A DNA stretch of 24,000 nt from Propioniciclava sp. (GTDB lineage: Bacteria; Actinomycetota; Actinomycetes; Propionibacteriales; Propionibacteriaceae): the NCBI GenBank assembly GCA_047973325.1, contig JBKEBU010000152.1:6744-30743 (forward strand), written 5' to 3'. Shown here in pieces: positions 1 through 11,882 of this stretch. Position numbers and translations under genes: made by a program. The notes under the pieces were generated by a model. The model was not told the DNA's origin. It did not search any database and saw only the letters and a program-made list of their open reading frames with translations. Within the stretch, counting starts at the first letter, position 1. Each line of letters begins with the position of its first letter.

Positions 1-619
1 CGACGGTGGCAGCGAGGGCGGCCAGATCGGCGATTCCGTCGGTCCGGGACACATCCACCAGATCGAGGTTCGGCCGGACGAAGTCGGCCACCTTGGAGTA
101 CCGGTCCGGCAGAATGTCGGAGGCCACCAGGACCCGGCGACGGCCGGTGATCCGGCCTGCCATACTCAGCGCGGTGGCGGCCGCCTGGAAGCTGTCATAG
201 GTGGGGATGGTCACCACATCCATGGCCAGCAGTTCGGCCATGAGGGAGGCATACTCGAACAGAGCCTGGAACCGGCCGTGGTCCTCGTAGGGCTCCCCGG
301 CATAGGCGGTGAGGAACTCGCTTCTGCCGATAACCTCATCCACCACCGCGGGCACGTGGTGATGGTAGGTACCGCTTCCGAGGAAGCTCCGGCCGGGCCG
401 TAGCGGCTGATTCCGATCGAGGATCTCGGTGACGTGACGTGCCAGATCCACCTCGGCGGTCAGGGCCGGCGGCAAGTCCAGCGGGCGGTTGAGCCGCAAT
501 GCTTCGGGTACATCGGCGTAGAACTCTGCCACCGACTGCGCTCCCACAGCCGCCAGCATTGCCTCGCGGGCGGCCGGGGCCATATTGGGAATGTATGGAT
601 GGACACCATCACTGGTCAT
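1..619 (-). CDS. GcvPA-like PLP-dependent protein (glycine dehydrogenase subunit 1 family), N-terminal ~206 aa. The 3' end lies beyond the window start.
   Basis: My own minus-strand translation from the ATG at 619..617 gives MTSDGVHPYIPNMAPAAREAMLAAVGAQSVAEFYADVPEALRLNRPLDLPPALTAEVDLARHVTEILDRNQPLRPGRSFLGSGTYHHHVPAVVDEVIGRSEFLTAYAGEPYEDHGRFQALFEYASLMAELLAMDVVTIPTYDSFQAAATALSMAG... The frame stays open to position 1, so it is absent from the ORF track. The layout matches the GcvPA N-terminus as I remember it (HPYIPN, ML..IG, SFLG.G.Y.H..P..V...I.RSEF.TAY, FEY...AEL..MD). The start overlaps the upstream stop as TGATG. Confidence 0.6.
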   Translation of the reverse strand, partial: MTSDGVHPYIPNMAPAAREAMLAAVGAQSVAEFYADVPEALRLNRPLDLPPALTAEVDLARHVTEILDRNQPLRPGRSFLGSGTYHHHVPAVVDEVIGRSEFLTAYAGEPYEDHGRFQALFEYASLMAELLAMDVVTIPTYDSFQAAATALSMAGRITGRRRVLVASDILPDRYSKVADFVRPNLDLVDVSRTDGIADLAALAATV

Positions 620-2289
620 CAGGCGGTTACCTTTCTCATTGTGGTGGTTGGATCGTTCGTGGCGGGGGCAAATCGCACCGCTAGGTCGAGCCAGAGCGCT
701 GCTGTCCAGGCGAACAGGGCAACCGCACGTGCCGGGCAGGCCCCGGTCTCCGCATCAAGATATTCATAGGCACCCCCGGAAGCAGCCACCTGAGACAACG
801 TCCGGCGGGCCAGTTCAGCCGCCTCCTCGGGTCGGCCACTGCGTTGCAAGCCCTCGACTATCAGCCAGTTAGTGTTGACCCATACCGGCCCCCGCCACAT
901 GGCCTGGGCGTCGAAACTCCCCGACGAGCGGGCCACCGTAGGGACGACCACACCCCCGCCAAAGGTCCGGGGGTCTGTCAGATCGGCTACCAGCGCATCC
1001 ACGATGCGCTGCGGCAGGCTCCCGGTGAGCAGGGGCACCAGGTCGACAATCGTGTGCGCCGCCACCAGCCCCGAAGCCCCCCGGGCCGCGAACCGCCGCT
1101 CAGATTCAACCCAGAGCTGGAGCAGCTGGTCGTGGCTTTGCCCGGCGCGATCGCGGTGCCGGGAGGCTGATTCCAGGCGGTCCATCGCCATGAGCAGATC
1201 GGCTAGCAGCCGATCTTGGAGCTCGAGGTAGGCGACCAGGTCGGGGGTGGCCACCGGGAGCTCGGCGTCGAAGACCGGGCTATCGTCCAGACCGGAACTA
1301 TAAGGATGGGCGTATCCGGGTATTCCGTCGACAGTGGGGCAATCGCGCAGCCACCAATCCTGGGACGCTATCACCGCAGGCAGCAGCGCCACGCATTCCT
1401 CGGCCCGAAGGCCAGCTTCGACGAGCTTGGTGATGGTTAGGGCGGCGAGCGGCGGTTTGGTGAGCGGGACGGCCGCGTGCGGGTCAGCGGCCGGGGATCC
1501 GACCTGGTGCAGGCGGTCTACATCGGCCGCCGGGAGATCGGTGCTGGCGGCCAGGATGCCGCCATCGTGCAGGACGTCGGGGAGTTGGCCCGACGGCTGG
1601 GGGTGCCGCAGCGCCATCTCCAGCTGCATGGTCGCCAGGTCCAGCCGGGTATGCCGCAACCCGATGGCGATGAAGTAGGCATCCCACTGCCAGAGCCCCA
1701 GGTAGCCAAGTTTGGCCGGGACCACCGCCGTGCCAACGTGGCCGGTCAGGGCGAGCTGGTTCACCCCCAGCACCCACCAGTGGTGAGCCGCGGACGCGCT
1801 GAACTCGGCCTGCACCTGCGGGAGATCGGCAAACCAGTCCTGCCACCAGGTCTGGCAGTGAGCAAGGCGGTGTGCATGCGTACCGTCGCGCCGCACCTGC
1901 ACCCCATCCTCGGTGAGGGTGAGCACCACCGTCTCCTCCGGGATTATCTGCTCAATCGTGCGGACGCCCGCGTGCTCGAAGACCAGCCGGGCAGCCATGG
2001 GACCGGCGACGCTCAGCTCATCGCCACTGAGGGCCAGTGTCAGACCACCGATCTCGATCCGGTCCACCCCGACCGCCCCCAACGGCAGCGGGGCGCCGTG
2101 CCTGTCTTCCACCCGCACCCCGGTGAGAACGATGGCATCGGTAGCACTCACCTCATAGGCGGCCCGCCGCACCACCAGCGCACCCGCGCCGTCGCTGTGG
2201 ATCAGCAGCCGGGACCCCGGCTGGGTGAACGGAACCGCCACCAGATCGATGTAGCTGGCGGCCGCGTCGATCCCCTCCGGGATATTCAT
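619..2289 (-). CDS. (alpha/alpha)6-barrel glycoside hydrolase, GH63 / MGH1-like (trehalase-like clan)
   Basis: Track ORF 619..2595 trimmed to the internal start MNIPEGIDAAASY at 2289. That start makes an ATGA overlap with the stop of the upstream permease (2286). Motifs: LWQWDAYFIAIG, HPYSSGLDDSPVFD (acid-catalyst-type sGlDdSP), MWRGPVWVNTNWLIVEGL and GGAYEYLDAETG, which I recognise as typical of GH63/GH37-like enzymes. Confidence 0.65.
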   Translation of the reverse strand: MNIPEGIDAAASYIDLVAVPFTQPGSRLLIHSDGAGALVVRRAAYEVSATDAIVLTGVRVEDRHGAPLPLGAVGVDRIEIGGLTLALSGDELSVAGPMAARLVFEHAGVRTIEQIIPEETVVLTLTEDGVQVRRDGTHAHRLAHCQTWWQDWFADLPQVQAEFSASAAHHWWVLGVNQLALTGHVGTAVVPAKLGYLGLWQWDAYFIAIGLRHTRLDLATMQLEMALRHPQPSGQLPDVLHDGGILAASTDLPAADVDRLHQVGSPAADPHAAVPLTKPPLAALTITKLVEAGLRAEECVALLPAVIASQDWWLRDCPTVDGIPGYAHPYSSGLDDSPVFDAELPVATPDLVAYLELQDRLLADLLMAMDRLESASRHRDRAGQSHDQLLQLWVESERRFAARGASGLVAAHTIVDLVPLLTGSLPQRIVDALVADLTDPRTFGGGVVVPTVARSSGSFDAQAMWRGPVWVNTNWLIVEGLQRSGRPEEAAELARRTLSQVAASGGAYEYLDAETGACPARAVALFAWTAALWLDLAVRFAPATNDPTTTMRKVTA

Positions 2290-3173
2290 CGCCCACCGAG
2301 GCCCGACGACGCCAGCGAGGAGATTATCTTGCGCTGTCCAATGACGAAGGCGATCAGCATGGGCACGGTGGCAATCGCCGATGCGGCCATCACCAGGCCG
2401 TAGTTGAGGGTGCCATACTGGCTCTGGAAGCTGGTGAGCAGCAACGGCACCGTGAACAGATCCGGCGAGTTGAGCAGCACCAACGGGAACAGGAAGCTGT
2501 TCCACGCCTCCAGCGCGACGATGATCGACAGCGCCGCCAGCCCGGGACGCAAGTTCGGCAACACTATCTGCCAGAACGTCCGCCAGCGGCCGCAACCGTC
2601 CACCAGGGCCGCTTCCTCAAGCTCCCGGGGAAGCGTCAGCACGAACTGACGCATGAGAAAGACGGCAAACGGATTCACCAACATCGCCGGCACTATCAGC
2701 GACAGGTGGGAGTCCACCCAGCCCAGCTTGGCCATCAGGAGGTAGAACGGGATCAGGGTCACCTGCTTGGGGATCATCTGAGTTGCCAGGAACACCACGA
2801 AGATTATCCGCCCCCCCGGGAACTTGATCCGCGCGAAGGCATAGCCCGCCATCGCCGAGGTGACCAGGGTGCCGACCACGACCAGGGCTGCAATGTAAAG
2901 GCTGTTCGCATAGGCCCGGGCGAACGGCACCGAGGTCCACGCAGTGGCGTAGTTGGCCACGGTCCAGGGGTCTGGCAGCAGGCTTAGCGGCAGCTCCAGC
3001 AGCTGGGGCAGGGTCTTGAACGACGTCAGCAGCATCCAGATGAACGGGAACACCATGCCGATGGCAGCGGCCAGGAGCACCCCGTGCAAGGTCACCTGCG
3101 GCAGCATGCGCCGCCAGCCTCGACGCTGTCCGGCCGCCTGGACGGTGTCGGCAGCAAGATTCAACTCAGCCAT
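2286..3173 (-). CDS. Carbohydrate ABC transporter permease (MalG-like)
   Basis: 295 aa with about 6 hydrophobic segments. EAA-loop signature LEEAALVDGCGRWRTFWQIVLPNLRPG. Confidence 0.9.
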   Translation of the reverse strand: MAELNLAADTVQAAGQRRGWRRMLPQVTLHGVLLAAAIGMVFPFIWMLLTSFKTLPQLLELPLSLLPDPWTVANYATAWTSVPFARAYANSLYIAALVVVGTLVTSAMAGYAFARIKFPGGRIIFVVFLATQMIPKQVTLIPFYLLMAKLGWVDSHLSLIVPAMLVNPFAVFLMRQFVLTLPRELEEAALVDGCGRWRTFWQIVLPNLRPGLAALSIIVALEAWNSFLFPLVLLNSPDLFTVPLLLTSFQSQYGTLNYGLVMAASAIATVPMLIAFVIGQRKIISSLASSGLGGR

Positions 3174-3180
3174 GGATCAA

Positions 3181-4107
3181 TCAACTCTCATAGTGGACGA
3201 ATCGCTTCTGGGCACCGAACTGGATGGCGGTGATGACCAAGGTGAGGATGAGCAGGATCACCGATGCTGCACTCGAAGGCCCGAACTCGAACCTGCCGAA
3301 GCCCAGGTCGTAGATGTGGTACACGATGGTGCGGGTCGCATTGTCCGGCCCCGCATTCGAGGTCAGCACGAACACCAAGTCGAACGTCTGCAGCGACGAA
3401 ATGAACGCGACGATCGAACTGAAGAAGATTATCGGCGAAACCAAGGGCATCCGGATCTTGGTGAGCAGCGCCCACGGGCCAGCTCCGTCGAGGCGGGCAG
3501 CCTCGATCACCGACGGCGAGATGCCTTGCAGGCCAGCGAGCATGATAATCACGTTGAGGCCCATAGACGCCCAGATGGTCACGATGCACACCGACAGCAG
3601 CGCCAGCCGGGGATCCCCCAGCCAATCGGGCGGTTGGATCCCGAACAGGCTGGAGATCAGGTCACTGAGCAGCCCATCGGCACGGAACAACTGCTGCCAG
3701 ATCATGGCGACCGCGACCGTGCTGGTGACCACCGGGGCGAAGAACATCACCAGGTACAGGGTGCGCGTCTTGAGGTTCTGCAGCGCGACCGCCACCACCA
3801 GCGCCAAACCCAGCCCGATAGGCACCGTGATCAGCGCTATCAGCAAGGTATTGACTATCGACCGCAGCAACAGCGGGTCGGTCAGCTGATCGGCGAAGTT
3901 GGCCCAGCCGACCCAGGTGAGCTCGGTCAGGCCATTCCAGGAGGCGAATGCCAGCACCAGGCTGGCCACGAAGGGACCCAGGATGAAGGCCACCATTCCT
4001 ATGAGCTGCGGGGAGACGAAGACCCATCCCCACAGCTTGTCGCGCCGCCGCCACGCCGCACTCTGGCGGGCGGTCGGCGCGACCTGCTGATCTGTGACGT
4101 CGGTCAC
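3181..4107 (-). CDS. Carbohydrate ABC transporter permease (MalF-like)
   Basis: 308 aa polytopic protein. EAA-loop signature VIEAARLDGAGPWALLTKIRMPLVSP. Its start overlaps the stop of the upstream SBP gene (4104..4107, ATGA). Confidence 0.9.
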   Translation of the reverse strand: MTDVTDQQVAPTARQSAAWRRRDKLWGWVFVSPQLIGMVAFILGPFVASLVLAFASWNGLTELTWVGWANFADQLTDPLLLRSIVNTLLIALITVPIGLGLALVVAVALQNLKTRTLYLVMFFAPVVTSTVAVAMIWQQLFRADGLLSDLISSLFGIQPPDWLGDPRLALLSVCIVTIWASMGLNVIIMLAGLQGISPSVIEAARLDGAGPWALLTKIRMPLVSPIIFFSSIVAFISSLQTFDLVFVLTSNAGPDNATRTIVYHIYDLGFGRFEFGPSSAASVILLILTLVITAIQFGAQKRFVHYES

Positions 4108-5429
4108 TCGGCCATCTTCTCTTCGGCGAGCGCTGCCACGGCATCCAGGGTGCCTTGGGCATCGGCCTTGCCCTCATAGAGCTTGAGGAACAGATCGCTC
4201 ACATCGGAGGACAGCCCGGGCACCTTCGCCTCGGCGGCGTAGTTGGCGAACCCGGTATCGCGCATGTCGAGGAAGGTCTGCCAGTGCATCGGGTAGTCAC
4301 CTTCGGACACCACATCGTCGGCACCTTGCACCGAGGGCACTGCGTTGCCGCCGCCAGCGAGCCGGAACTTCTGACCATCAGCGTTGAGGAACTCGCTCCA
4401 GAACAGGAACGCTGCGTCGGCGTTGGCCGAATCCTTGTTGATGGCCAGGTAGGACGCGGCGACGCCGGTCGGTGCGGCCTTGCCGTCCGGAGTGGGCCAG
4501 CGGACGATGTCGTAATCGCCCTCAACACCGGCGGACTTCAGCGTGCCGATGGTGTAACGGCCCTGGGCGAAGAAGCCAGCTTTGTGGGTAACGAAGACGC
4601 TGTCGGCACCGGCACCCTCAGGCATAGTGTCGGCCACCAGGAACTTCTTGTCCTGGAAGTACTGGCCCAAGGTGGTGACCGCCTCGACGGTGGTCGGGTC
4701 GGTATTTCCCACGAAGGCGTCACCCTCATAAGCCTTGCCCCCCTGCGAGGAGATCCAGCTGTAGTGGGTGGCCCAGTAGTTCCAATAGATCGACCCGGTC
4801 AATCCGGCGGCGGCGAGCTTGTCGTTCATTTCGAGGAACTTCGCCGTGGTCCACTGGTCATTGGCGGCGAGCTCGGCGGGGTCTTCGGTGATCCCGGCGG
4901 CCTCCAAGGCCTTCTTGTCGTACCAGAAGGCATCCGGGTTCACATCATTGGGCCCAGCGTAGATCTCACCATCGACCTCGGCAGCCCCGAACAGGCCATC
5001 GAAGAAGATGTCGGAGCTGATCACGCTGTCGGCAGCCGCCATCTTCTCATTGACCCCGAGCAGGACACCGGCATCGACGAACTGACCTAGCTTGTCGTCA
5101 CCTATGTAAAAGACGTCGGGAGCTGTCTTGGAGGTCAGCTGCGCGAGCAGTTTGGAGTGGTAGTCGCTGTAGGAGGCGACCGGGTTCAGCGTGACCTTGA
5201 TGTCGGGGTACTTCGTCATGAACTCGTCATTGAACTCGTTGAAGCGGGTGAGCTCCTCCGGGTTACCCCAGGTGGACCAGATCACCGTGCCTGCCGGAGC
5301 GCCGCTGTCGGTGGGCTCAGTGGTGCCGGTGGCGGGAGTGCTGCTGCCGCCGCTGCATCCGGCCAGGCCGAGCATGACCGCCCCGGCCAGGACACCCGCA
5401 GCGGGCTTCAAAGTGGAACGCATGGACAT
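4104..5429 (-). CDS. Sugar ABC transporter substrate-binding lipoprotein (family 1 extracellular solute-binding protein)
   Basis: 441 aa. Signal peptide plus lipobox (MLGLAGCSGG) followed by a Ser/Thr/Pro-rich tether. The body is typical of CUT1 sugar-binding proteins (WSTWGNPEE, YWNYWATHY). SD GAAGGAAGG lies 8 nt upstream of the ATG on the minus strand. Confidence 0.85.
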   Translation of the reverse strand: MSMRSTLKPAAGVLAGAVMLGLAGCSGGSSTPATGTTEPTDSGAPAGTVIWSTWGNPEELTRFNEFNDEFMTKYPDIKVTLNPVASYSDYHSKLLAQLTSKTAPDVFYIGDDKLGQFVDAGVLLGVNEKMAAADSVISSDIFFDGLFGAAEVDGEIYAGPNDVNPDAFWYDKKALEAAGITEDPAELAANDQWTTAKFLEMNDKLAAAGLTGSIYWNYWATHYSWISSQGGKAYEGDAFVGNTDPTTVEAVTTLGQYFQDKKFLVADTMPEGAGADSVFVTHKAGFFAQGRYTIGTLKSAGVEGDYDIVRWPTPDGKAAPTGVAASYLAINKDSANADAAFLFWSEFLNADGQKFRLAGGGNAVPSVQGADDVVSEGDYPMHWQTFLDMRDTGFANYAAEAKVPGLSSDVSDLFLKLYEGKADAQGTLDAVAALAEEKMAE

Positions 5430-5526
5430 TCGCGAGACCTTCCTTCGTTGGTGGGGTCGTGTACTGCATTCTGCATACAGTGTTGAGGAGTGTCAACGCC
5501 GCAGTTGCAGATTCAACGAATCGTTA
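5430..5526 (-). promoter_or_regulatory. Intercistronic spacer with tandem inverted repeats (candidate operator sites or mRNA hairpins)
   Basis: Imperfect 19-nt palindrome ACTGCATTCTGCATACAGT (5463..5481, 14/19 self-complementary). GTTGA-n6-TCAAC (5482..5497). GTTGC-n4-TCAAC follows it. Perfect 11-nt palindrome AACGAATCGTT (5515..5525) overlaps the ebgC-like stop codon. This is the only sizeable gap in an otherwise overlapping operon. Confidence 0.3.
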
Positions 5527-5975
5527 CCAGGATGTTGCTGACTCGGGCGCAGGCGGCTCTACGGTGACCCGGATAACGACCATGCGGCCGTCCACCCAGT
5601 GGTCCCGGAGTGCCTCGCCCGCCTCGACGATGAGCACTTCGCCAGCCTGAAGCGTCCGACGTTCCCCCACGCCGGTGAAGGGCTGGCGATCAGTCAGATC
5701 GTCATACGGGGCCGCAGCTATCAGGTCGATGCAACGAGCCACCTCGAGTTCCAGACTGCCCGCCAATACAACTCGCACGTCTAGATAGCGCTGGTGCCCG
5801 GTGAGCTCAGGTCGGTCCGGCTGATCGGTGACCCGGTAGGTGACCGCGGCACCCACAGAATAGGTGACCTCCGCCTGCACCTGCTGAGCGCTGGCGATAG
5901 CAGTCGCCACGGCCATCCATTTGGGGGCTGATCCCAGCTCTGCGCGCAGGGCCTCAACCGTCGGGAACCACAGCA

Positions 5976-5976
<1 letters not shown>
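5524..5976 (-). CDS. ebgC: EbgC-like beta-galactosidase beta subunit (YhcH/YjgK/YiaL family, DUF386)
   Basis: Track ORF 5524..6237 trimmed to MLWFPTVEALRAELG (ATG at 5976..5974), which overlaps the GH2 stop as TGATG. 150 aa. SVGAAVTYRVTDQPDRPELTGHQRYLDVRVVLAGSLELEVA and GRMVVIRVTVE align with the E. coli EbgC segments I recall (SIGDSLTYRVET...FTGHRRYFEVHYYLQG, VKKVVLKVTIE). Confidence 0.75.
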
Positions 5977-9817
<3,841 letters not shown>

Positions 9818-9829
9818 ATTCCCACGCCT

Positions 9830-9885
9830 GGCTCGGCCTCCCACCAGCAAGCTTGCACCGCGCTGTCCCGGCCGGGCACCGAGCC
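9830..9885. terminator. Nested palindromes in a convergent intergenic gap (possible bidirectional terminator)
   Basis: Outer arms GGCTCGG (9830..9836) and CCGAGCC (9879..9885) enclose two perfect 10-nt palindromes, GCAAGCTTGC (9847..9856) and CCCGGCCGGG (9867..9876). There is no U-tract. Confidence 0.3.
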
Positions 9886-9894
9886 GCGAGTGGC

Positions 9895-11487
9895 TTACCT
9901 GCGTGAGCGCTTGAGCAGGCCCATCAGGGTGCGGGTTACTTCCCGGGCGGCGGTGCGGGCCATTTGACGCACCATGGTGTTCTTCGTCAGCGCTTCCACG
10001 AGAGAATCATCACGACTCCGGGGGGTCGACCGGGTGCGCTGCGGAGCCGATGGTTCCGCAGCGGCCGATGGCCTGCGGGCCGACTGCTGCTCTCGCTCCG
10101 CAGTGGCCTCAGCAGCTTGCGCGTTCGCCTCCAGCCGGGCGGTCAGCAGTTCGTAGGCCGACTCCCGATCGATCTCGGTGCCGTACTTGTGCTGCATCTG
10201 CGAGGCCGCCACCCCCGCCGCCATAGTTTCGGCAGCCAGCGGATCCATCGAGGCTTCCGGAGCCCGCATCCGAGTCCAGGCCACCGGTGTCGGGGCTCCC
10301 TTGGGGTTGAGGACGGTGACCACGGCCTCGCCGATACCCAGCTGCTGGAGCAGCTGGGCCAGGTCATAGTCGCTCGTGGGGTAGGTGTTCACCGTTGCCT
10401 TCAACGCCTTGGCGTCATTGGGAGTGTGCGCCCGCAACTGATGCTGCACCCGGGACCCCAGCTGAGCGAGCACCGCATCCGGGACATCTGTCGGAGCCTG
10501 GGTGACGAAAAAGACGCCGACACCCTTGGAGCGGATCAGGCGCACCGTCTGCTCGATCGAGGACATGAACGCCTTGGAGGCATCGGCAAAGAGCAAGTGG
10601 GCTTCGTCGAAGAAGAAGACCAGCTTGGGCTTGTCCAGATCGCCCGCCTCAGGCAACTCCTGATACAGATCCGCGAGCAGCCACATCAGGAACGTCGAAA
10701 ACAAGGCTGGCCGATCCTGCAGATTCGGAAGCTCCAGCAAGGAAATCAAACCCAGGCCAGCATCGGTAACCTTGAGCAGATCGGCGGTCTCGAACTCGGG
10801 GTCCCCAAAGAACTCCTCACCTCCCTGAGCGGCCAGCGCCGCAATCTCCCGCAGAATCACGCCGGCGGTGGACTTCGCCAGCCCGCCGATGTCGGCGAGC
10901 TCAGCCTTGCCCTCGTCGGAGGTGAGGAACTTGAGCACCTGGGTGAGGTCCTCCAGGTCGAGCAGGAGCAGCCCGTTGGTATCGGCGTAGTGAAAGACCA
11001 GCGACAGGGAGGATTCCTGGGTCTCATTGAGGCCCAGCACCTTGCTGAGCAGCAGCGGCCCGAACGAGCTCACGGTCGTCCGCAGCGGTACTCCGGTGCC
11101 CTGCCCACCGAGCGCATAGAACTCGACCGGGCAGGCCGCCGGGGTGAAGGCCTGCCCGATCCCTTCGGTGCGTTCCAGCAGCTTGGGTGAGGGTTCCCCG
11201 GGGATCGCCAAACCGGAGAGATCCCCCTTGATATCGGCCGCGAACACCGGCACGCCGGCCTTACTTATCTGCTCGGCCATCAGCTGGAGGGTCTTCGTCT
11301 TGCCGGTTCCAGTAGCCCCGGCGACCAGCCCGTGCCGGTTGAGCATGGACAGCGAAATTCGGATCGTCACCTCAGGCTGTGGTCCGGCCTCATCCACCAG
11401 GACGCCCAACTCGACTGAGTCCTCCTCGAAGGTGTACCCCGCCTGGATGGCTGCCGTCATCGTCGAATCCTGCCTCTCACTCGCCAT
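9895..11487 (-). CDS. DUF853 / HerA-like P-loop ATPase (YjgR family)
   Basis: Track ORF 9895..11892 trimmed to [18 protein letters not shown] (ATG at 11487). An alternative ATG at 11460 is preceded by GGCAGGA. Walker A: [19 protein letters not shown]. Walker B-like: [25 protein letters not shown] is present. The basic C-terminal tail is typical of YjgR-like proteins (E. coli YjgR begins ...[21 protein letters not shown] as I recall). Confidence 0.8.
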   Translation of the reverse strand: [530 protein letters not shown]

Positions 11488-11553
11488 GGGCCCCACCCTA
11501 ACCCCGAACGCGGACAGGCCGCCGCCGCGGCGGAAACCCCACCTGGGTGGCAT

Positions 11554-11568
11554 TAGACTGAGCCCGTG
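11554..11568 (+). promoter_or_regulatory. Candidate -10 element placed for a leaderless transcript
   Basis: TAGACT (11554..11559) is followed by 6 nt (gagccc) and then the GTG start at 11566. No SD is present. This geometry is typical of leaderless actinobacterial mRNAs. A perfect 12-nt palindrome CCGCCGCGGCGG lies at 11522..11533. Confidence 0.35.
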
Positions 11569-11871
11569 ATCTTCAAGCGCGTCGGGGACGAACGCCCCTA
11601 CCCCGACCACGGCTATCAGCATCGCGACTGGGCCGCGATCGCCCCGCAACAGGTCCGCCTCGACCAGTTGGTGACCACCAAGCGGCTCCTGGATTTGGAA
11701 GCGCTGCTGGAGGAAGATTCCACGTTCTACGGCGACTTGTTCGCGCACGTGGTCGCGTGGGGCGGGGACCTCTATCTTGAGGACGGCCTGCACCGCGCCT
11801 TGCGAGCTGCGCTGCAGCAGCGCGCCTCCCTGCACGCCCGCGTCCTCGAGCTGGTAGCGGCACAGGTCTGA
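11566..11871 (+). CDS. Small conserved hypothetical protein, possible ParB/sulfiredoxin-fold (DGxHR-like motif)
   Basis: 101 aa with strong GC3 codon bias. The motif GDLYLEDGLHRALRAALQQ resembles the DGHHR core of ParB/Srx-fold proteins. It sits immediately upstream of a LytR_C gene, a pairing I recall (unverified) from M. tuberculosis Rv0430/Rv0431. Confidence 0.55.
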   Translation: MIFKRVGDERPYPDHGYQHRDWAAIAPQQVRLDQLVTTKRLLDLEALLEEDSTFYGDLFAHVVAWGGDLYLEDGLHRALRAALQQRASLHARVLELVAAQV

Positions 11872-11882
11872 GGAGAGTGCGC

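Noticed and set aside
9895-11487. Considered the DUF853/HerA-like ATPase as the core of an anti-phage defence system (HerA partners such as Sir2 or DUF4297).
   Set aside because: No effector-type partner (Sir2, nuclease, TIR, etc.) is adjacent. The sequence looks like the widely conserved stand-alone YjgR family. Its neighbours are a regulator and conserved actinobacterial genes, and no mobile-element context is present.
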